From IMG/VR virus record IMGVR_UViG_2667528074_000009: 16,788 nt of DNA, one strand, 5' to 3'. Shown here piece by piece: positions 13,042-16,788 of the stretch. Under the pieces are notes generated by a model. That model ran no database searches. It saw only the letters and a list, made by a program, of their open reading frames with translations, and had not been told where the DNA came from. The stretch comes from a virus. Lineage: Duplodnaviria; Heunggongvirae; Uroviricota; Caudoviricetes. Position numbers and translations under genes: made by a program. Each line of letters starts with the position of its first letter. Position 1 is the first letter of the stretch.

Positions 13042-15501
13042 ATGCGCACTGATAAAGAAGAATTTGCATTATATTGTGAAGCAAAAAATGACAAAGTCAG
13101 AAAACGCCTTGGAATTAAAGGTGGTTTTTACTGGACTACAGCAAAAAAATTATCTGTTGCCATCTCCCGCTGCATTACCGCAATGGATGACAACGATTAT
13201 GATGAAGACGACTTTAAAAAACCCGTCCGCGTCCATTTACCCGTTGTGAATGACCTTCCACCTGAAGGCGTGTTTGATACTGAATTCTGTAACCGTTACG
13301 AAAAAGGCGGGGAAGATGGCATCACAATGGTATTTATCGCGCCCTCACCCTCTGCGCAGGACAAACCAGCCAACACTGACAATACCAACGTCAACGGCGA
13401 AGACATGACTGAGATTGAGGAGAACATGCTCCTGCCGGTTTCAGGTCAGATTCTGCCTGTTCGATGGCTGGCACAGCACGGCAGCAAAAAACCGATCACA
13501 CACGTTTCGCGGGACGAACTGCGCGCATTACATAACGCACAGGATGAAAAACTTCCCGCCGTTACCGCGCTGGCTATCTCAAATAAAGCAGCGCAACTCG
13601 AACCGCTGGAGATTCGCGATCTCCACAAACTGGTGCGAGACACTGACAAAGTTTTCCCCGCCCCCGTAAATTCGGACCTGGGACTGATAACCTCTTTTAT
13701 CGAAGCATACCTGGACGCCGACTACACCGATCGCGGTCTGCTGACAAAAGAGTGGATGAAAGGAAATCGTGTTTCGCGTATCACCCGTACGGCTTCCGGT
13801 GCAAATGCCGGTGGCGGGAACAAAACCGATCGCAATCCGAATTTAGTACACACCTTCGATACGCTGGATGTGGAGATTGCAGCAGCCACACTTCCGATGG
13901 ATTTTAATATTTATGAAATTCCGGGCAGCGTTTATCGTCGCGCAAAAGACATCGTCCTGAAAAGAGAAAGTCCGTTCAAAGAATGGTCCGCAGCACTTCG
14001 CGCAACCCCGGGTATTCTTGACTATTCCCGCGCCGCTATTTTTGCACTTATCCGGAGCGCCCACCCTGAGTTTTATCACTACCCGGGACGCCTTCAGGGG
14101 TATATCAACGCCCACTTAACGGAGACTGATCACGAGAACCCCAGCAAGGAAACTCTCGCTGCTGCACGACATACACCGGAAAAGGATATCCTGGAAGAAG
14201 TTAACCGCGAACTGGCTGCTGAACGCGAAACAGAAGAAGAAAAAAATAATGAGGAAAAATCACAACCGTCTGACGCAATGGCAGATGAACAGGCAACGAC
14301 TACTGAAGCAATGGGACAGGATACAACTGAACATCGCCAGGACACACAATCGCTGGATACTCAGGCACAGATAAATCCGGTTAATCAGGTAAAAGTTACC
14401 GCTGTCGAAGTAAACAAAATTATGCAGGCAGCCAATATCAACCAGCCTGATGCCGACAAAATACTGGCAGTCCATCGCGGTGAGTTCGTTGACGGAATTA
14501 GCGACCCGAATGATCCGAAATGGGTTAAGGGGATTGAAACCCGCGATTCTGTGAACCAGAACCAGCCCGAATCGGAACAAAACGACCAGAAAGCGGAACA
14601 AAACAGCCCAAATGCGTTACAAAACGAGCCAGAAACGAAACAGCCTGAACCAGAAGAGCAACAAGAACCGGAAAAAGTCTGCACCGCCTGCGGTCAGACC
14701 GGCAGCGGCAACTGTCCTGACTGTGGCGCGGTGATGGGCAACGCAACATACCAGGAAACATTCGATGAAAAAAATCAGGCTGAAGTTCAGGAAGATGATC
14801 CGGAGGAAATGGAAGGCGCTGAACATCCGAACAATGAGAATGCTGGTAACGATCAGCATCACACCAGCGATAGTGAAACTGGCGAGGCGGCAGATCCCTT
14901 AATTGCGGTGAACGGTCATCACGTTATCACATCCACCAGCAGAGTGTGGATTCACCTGTCGGTCGACCTTGAAACGATGGGAACAAATCCTGATGCGCCA
15001 ATCAACTCTATTGGCGGTAAATTTTTTGATCCGGCAACCGGAGAGATGGGGCCTGAATTCAGTAAAGCTATCGATCTGGAAACCTCCGGCGGAATCATCG
15101 ACCGTAAAACAATAAAGTGGTGGGCGAAACGATCACGCGAAGCACAATCCGCTATTTTTACCGATGAAATCTCGTTAGATGTTGCTCTCCGGCTATTCAT
15201 AGAATTTATCGAAAAAAACTCCGGCGGGTGTTTTGTCCAGGTATGGGGAAATGGAGCCAACTTCGACAACGTAATTTTACGCCGTTCATATGAACGGCAG
15301 GGGATCCCCTGCCCATGGCTTTACTACAACGATCGCGATGTACGCACAATCGTTGAACTGGGTAATGCCATTGGCTTTGATGTCAGAATGGCTATTCCAT
15401 TCGAAGGCGTACCCCACAATGCGCTGGACGATGCCCGTCACCAGGCAAAACAAGTTTCAGCAATCTGGCAAAGACTGATCCCGCGTCAGGCTGATTTTTA
15501 A
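13042..15501 (+). CDS. Large early-left-operon protein (819 aa) with C-terminal DEDDh-type 3'-5' exonuclease domain, acidic low-complexity linker and CxxC-N9-CxxC zinc ribbon
   Basis: C-terminal motifs VDLETMG (Exo I), WGNGANFDNVIL (Exo II) and HNALDDARHQA (Exo III); central region about aa 380-620 is rich in E/D/Q/N/T; CTACGQTGSGNCPDCG around aa 545-560; GAGG RBS 8 nt upstream. Occupies the slot of ydfE (truncated in K-12 Qin). Confidence 0.75.
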   Translation: MRTDKEEFALYCEAKNDKVRKRLGIKGGFYWTTAKKLSVAISRCITAMDDNDYDEDDFKKPVRVHLPVVNDLPPEGVFDTEFCNRYEKGGEDGITMVFIAPSPSAQDKPANTDNTNVNGEDMTEIEENMLLPVSGQILPVRWLAQHGSKKPITHVSRDELRALHNAQDEKLPAVTALAISNKAAQLEPLEIRDLHKLVRDTDKVFPAPVNSDLGLITSFIEAYLDADYTDRGLLTKEWMKGNRVSRITRTASGANAGGGNKTDRNPNLVHTFDTLDVEIAAATLPMDFNIYEIPGSVYRRAKDIVLKRESPFKEWSAALRATPGILDYSRAAIFALIRSAHPEFYHYPGRLQGYINAHLTETDHENPSKETLAAARHTPEKDILEEVNRELAAERETEEEKNNEEKSQPSDAMADEQATTTEAMGQDTTEHRQDTQSLDTQAQINPVNQVKVTAVEVNKIMQAANINQPDADKILAVHRGEFVDGISDPNDPKWVKGIETRDSVNQNQPESEQNDQKAEQNSPNALQNEPETKQPEPEEQQEPEKVCTACGQTGSGNCPDCGAVMGNATYQETFDEKNQAEVQEDDPEEMEGAEHPNNENAGNDQHHTSDSETGEAADPLIAVNGHHVITSTSRVWIHLSVDLETMGTNPDAPINSIGGKFFDPATGEMGPEFSKAIDLETSGGIIDRKTIKWWAKRSREAQSAIFTDEISLDVALRLFIEFIEKNSGGCFVQVWGNGANFDNVILRRSYERQGIPCPWLYYNDRDVRTIVELGNAIGFDVRMAIPFEGVPHNALDDARHQAKQVSAIWQRLIPRQADF

Positions 15502-15515
15502 TGTTCAACCCTGAT

Positions 15516-15543
15516 CGCCGCTAACCGCATATAGTTAGCGGCG
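15516..15543 (+). promoter_or_regulatory. Perfect 10-bp inverted repeat between the exonuclease gene and xis
   Basis: CGCCGCTAAC (15516-15525), loop cgcatata, GTTAGCGGCG (15534-15543). No strong T-tract follows (GTTATGAG), so it is an attenuator, processing site or protein-binding candidate rather than a canonical terminator. Confidence 0.4.
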
Positions 15544-15559
15544 GTTATGAGATATAGCC

Positions 15560-15763
15560 ATGAGCAGCTTATTTTTAACCGAAGATGAATTGCTAATATT
15601 AACGGGCTGCAAATATGCAAGCCACCAGCGAAAATGGTTAATGGAAAACGGGCTTCCGTTCTATACCAATCGTAGTGGCAAACCGATTGTCAGCCGGGAT
15701 CTATTTACCCGCAATAAAACTTTACCACCACGCGAGGTAGAGCCGAATTTTGGTGCGATCTGA
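15560..15763 (+). CDS. xis: Excisionase (Xis-like), 67 aa
   Basis: Small basic protein immediately upstream of and overlapping the integrase start (ATGA at 15761-15765), as for lambda xis-int. Confidence 0.7.
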   Translation: MSSLFLTEDELLILTGCKYASHQRKWLMENGLPFYTNRSGKPIVSRDLFTRNKTLPPREVEPNFGAI

Positions 15764-16788
15764 TGGGAAGACGAAGGAAAAATCCTGAACACGAAAAATT
15801 ACCTCCAAATGTATACCCAAATAAATATAGTTATGTATGGAAACCAACATCCAGAGAATCTGTAACACTAACCGCCATCAAGGATGGTTTTGCTGCTTTA
15901 TGGAAAAAGTATGAGGAAACTGTAAATAATCGCGATCGTGCAATGACATTCGGTCGCTTGTGGGAAAAATTCCTCGCCAGCGCCTATTACAGTGACCTTA
16001 GCCCAAGAACACAAAAAGATTATCTGCAACATCAAAAAAAGTTGCTTTCCGTATTCGGTAAGGTACCAGCGGATTCCATAAAACCAGAACACATCCGTCG
16101 ATACATGGACAAAAGAGGGGAACAGAGTAAAACGCAAGCCAACCATGAAAAAAGCAGTATGTCCCGTGTTTACAGTTGGGGGTATGAGCGAGGGTACGTA
16201 AAGGCTAACCCATGTGCAGGCGTAAGTAAATTCAAGGCCAAAAACCGCGAACGATATGTAACCGACAAAGAATACCAGGCAGTATTATGCGTTGCCCCCC
16301 TTCCTGTTTTTATCGCAATGGAAATTGCCTATCTGTGTGCAGCGAGGGTTTCCGATGTGTTATCGCTGAAATGGGAACAGGTTGGAAACGACGGGATCTT
16401 TATCCAGCAAGGGAAAACTGGGAAAAAACAGATAAAAGCATGGAGTCCACGATTACAGGCAGCGGTCGAAAAAGCAAAACAGTTACCAAAATCCGCCTAT
16501 GTTATCAGCAATCAATACGGCAACCGATATATGTACAAGGGCTTTAACGAAATGTGGGTAGAAGCCAGAAACCGTGCTGGAAAAATTTCAGGTATTTTAA
16601 CCGACTTCACCTTCCATGACCTGAAGGCGAAAGGAATTTCAGACTATGAAGGAAGCAGCCGGGATAAACAACTTTTCTCTGGTCACAAGACCGAAGGACA
16701 GGTACTAATCTATGACAGAAAGGTTAAGGTTTCACCAACACTTGATGTTCCGTTACCTGAAAATATTCCAGGAAAATATTCCAAGTAA
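15763..16788 (+). CDS. int: Site-specific tyrosine recombinase, lambda-family integrase (341 aa)
   Basis: N-terminus MGRRRKNPEHEKLPPNVY parallels lambda Int MGRRRSHERRDLPPNLY. C-terminal catalytic region carries ...RVSDVLSLKW... and ...FHDLKAKG... . The stop TAA is the last codon of the window. Confidence 0.9.
   Translation: MGRRRKNPEHEKLPPNVYPNKYSYVWKPTSRESVTLTAIKDGFAALWKKYEETVNNRDRAMTFGRLWEKFLASAYYSDLSPRTQKDYLQHQKKLLSVFGKVPADSIKPEHIRRYMDKRGEQSKTQANHEKSSMSRVYSWGYERGYVKANPCAGVSKFKAKNRERYVTDKEYQAVLCVAPLPVFIAMEIAYLCAARVSDVLSLKWEQVGNDGIFIQQGKTGKKQIKAWSPRLQAAVEKAKQLPKSAYVISNQYGNRYMYKGFNEMWVEARNRAGKISGILTDFTFHDLKAKGISDYEGSSRDKQLFSGHKTEGQVLIYDRKVKVSPTLDVPLPENIPGKYSK

Larger units (their letters stand above)
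1..16788. mobile_element. Lambdoid prophage segment (Qin/Kim-like, dicBF-containing): late-gene edge, Q, nin region, replication, immunity, early-left operon, xis, int
   Basis: Gene order and orientation mirror the lambda map. Recognisable products include integrase, excisionase, Q, RusA, O-like initiator, DicB and dicF. The window ends at the int stop codon, so the att site and flanking host DNA are not visible. Confidence 0.85.

Noticed and set aside
13415-14862. Several 60-113-aa ORFs on either strand inside the 819-aa gene (13415-13669 and 13064-13249 plus; 13446-13649, 13843-14115, 14130-14345, 14260-14601, 14385-14684, 14525-14761, 14617-14862 minus)
   Set aside because: All lie wholly within the long exonuclease-domain ORF, have low-complexity Cys/Ser/Phe-rich translations typical of off-frame reading of an acidic gene, and lack RBS.
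15898-16547. ORFs 15898-16146 (minus) and 16287-16547 (plus) inside int; 14952-15269 (minus) and 15290-15478 (plus) inside the exonuclease domain
   Set aside because: Embedded in confidently assigned genes in other frames or strands, with no independent signals.
16700-16788. Search for the attachment site or a tRNA target next to int
   Set aside because: The window ends exactly at the int stop codon. No tRNA-like sequence or att core is visible inside the window, so nothing can be called.

Overview
The whole window is the interior of a lambdoid prophage of the Qin/Kim (dicBF) type, in an Escherichia-like GC background, with classic lambda synteny in mirror orientation. The minus strand carries the early-right arm: Cro-like and CII/YdaT-like regulators, an O-like replication initiator with origin iterons inside its reading frame, a string of translationally coupled small accessory genes, DUF968, rusA and antiterminator Q. 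The plus strand carries the early-left arm: a leaderless DicA-like repressor flanked by two operator clusters, ydfA-ydfB-ydfC, the dicF sRNA, dicB, ydfD, a large 819-aa protein ending in a DEDDh 3'-5' exonuclease domain, then overlapping xis and a lambda-family integrase that ends at the window edge. Three elements are invisible in the supplied ORF track: an intact HokD-type type I toxin gene, an amber-interrupted rusA, and the ydfA/ydfB small genes. Accessory cargo includes a Doc/Fic-family toxin-antitoxin cassette bracketed by identical 21-bp terminator hairpins, a low-GC lipoprotein moron beside Q, and a roughly 600-bp AT-rich insertion in the dicBF operon carrying an antisense small gene. 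The best candidates for an undescribed system are the uncharacterised three-gene coupled operon at 4525-5758 and that dicBF insertion. All family assignments are from reading the translations and recalled motifs; no database search was possible.
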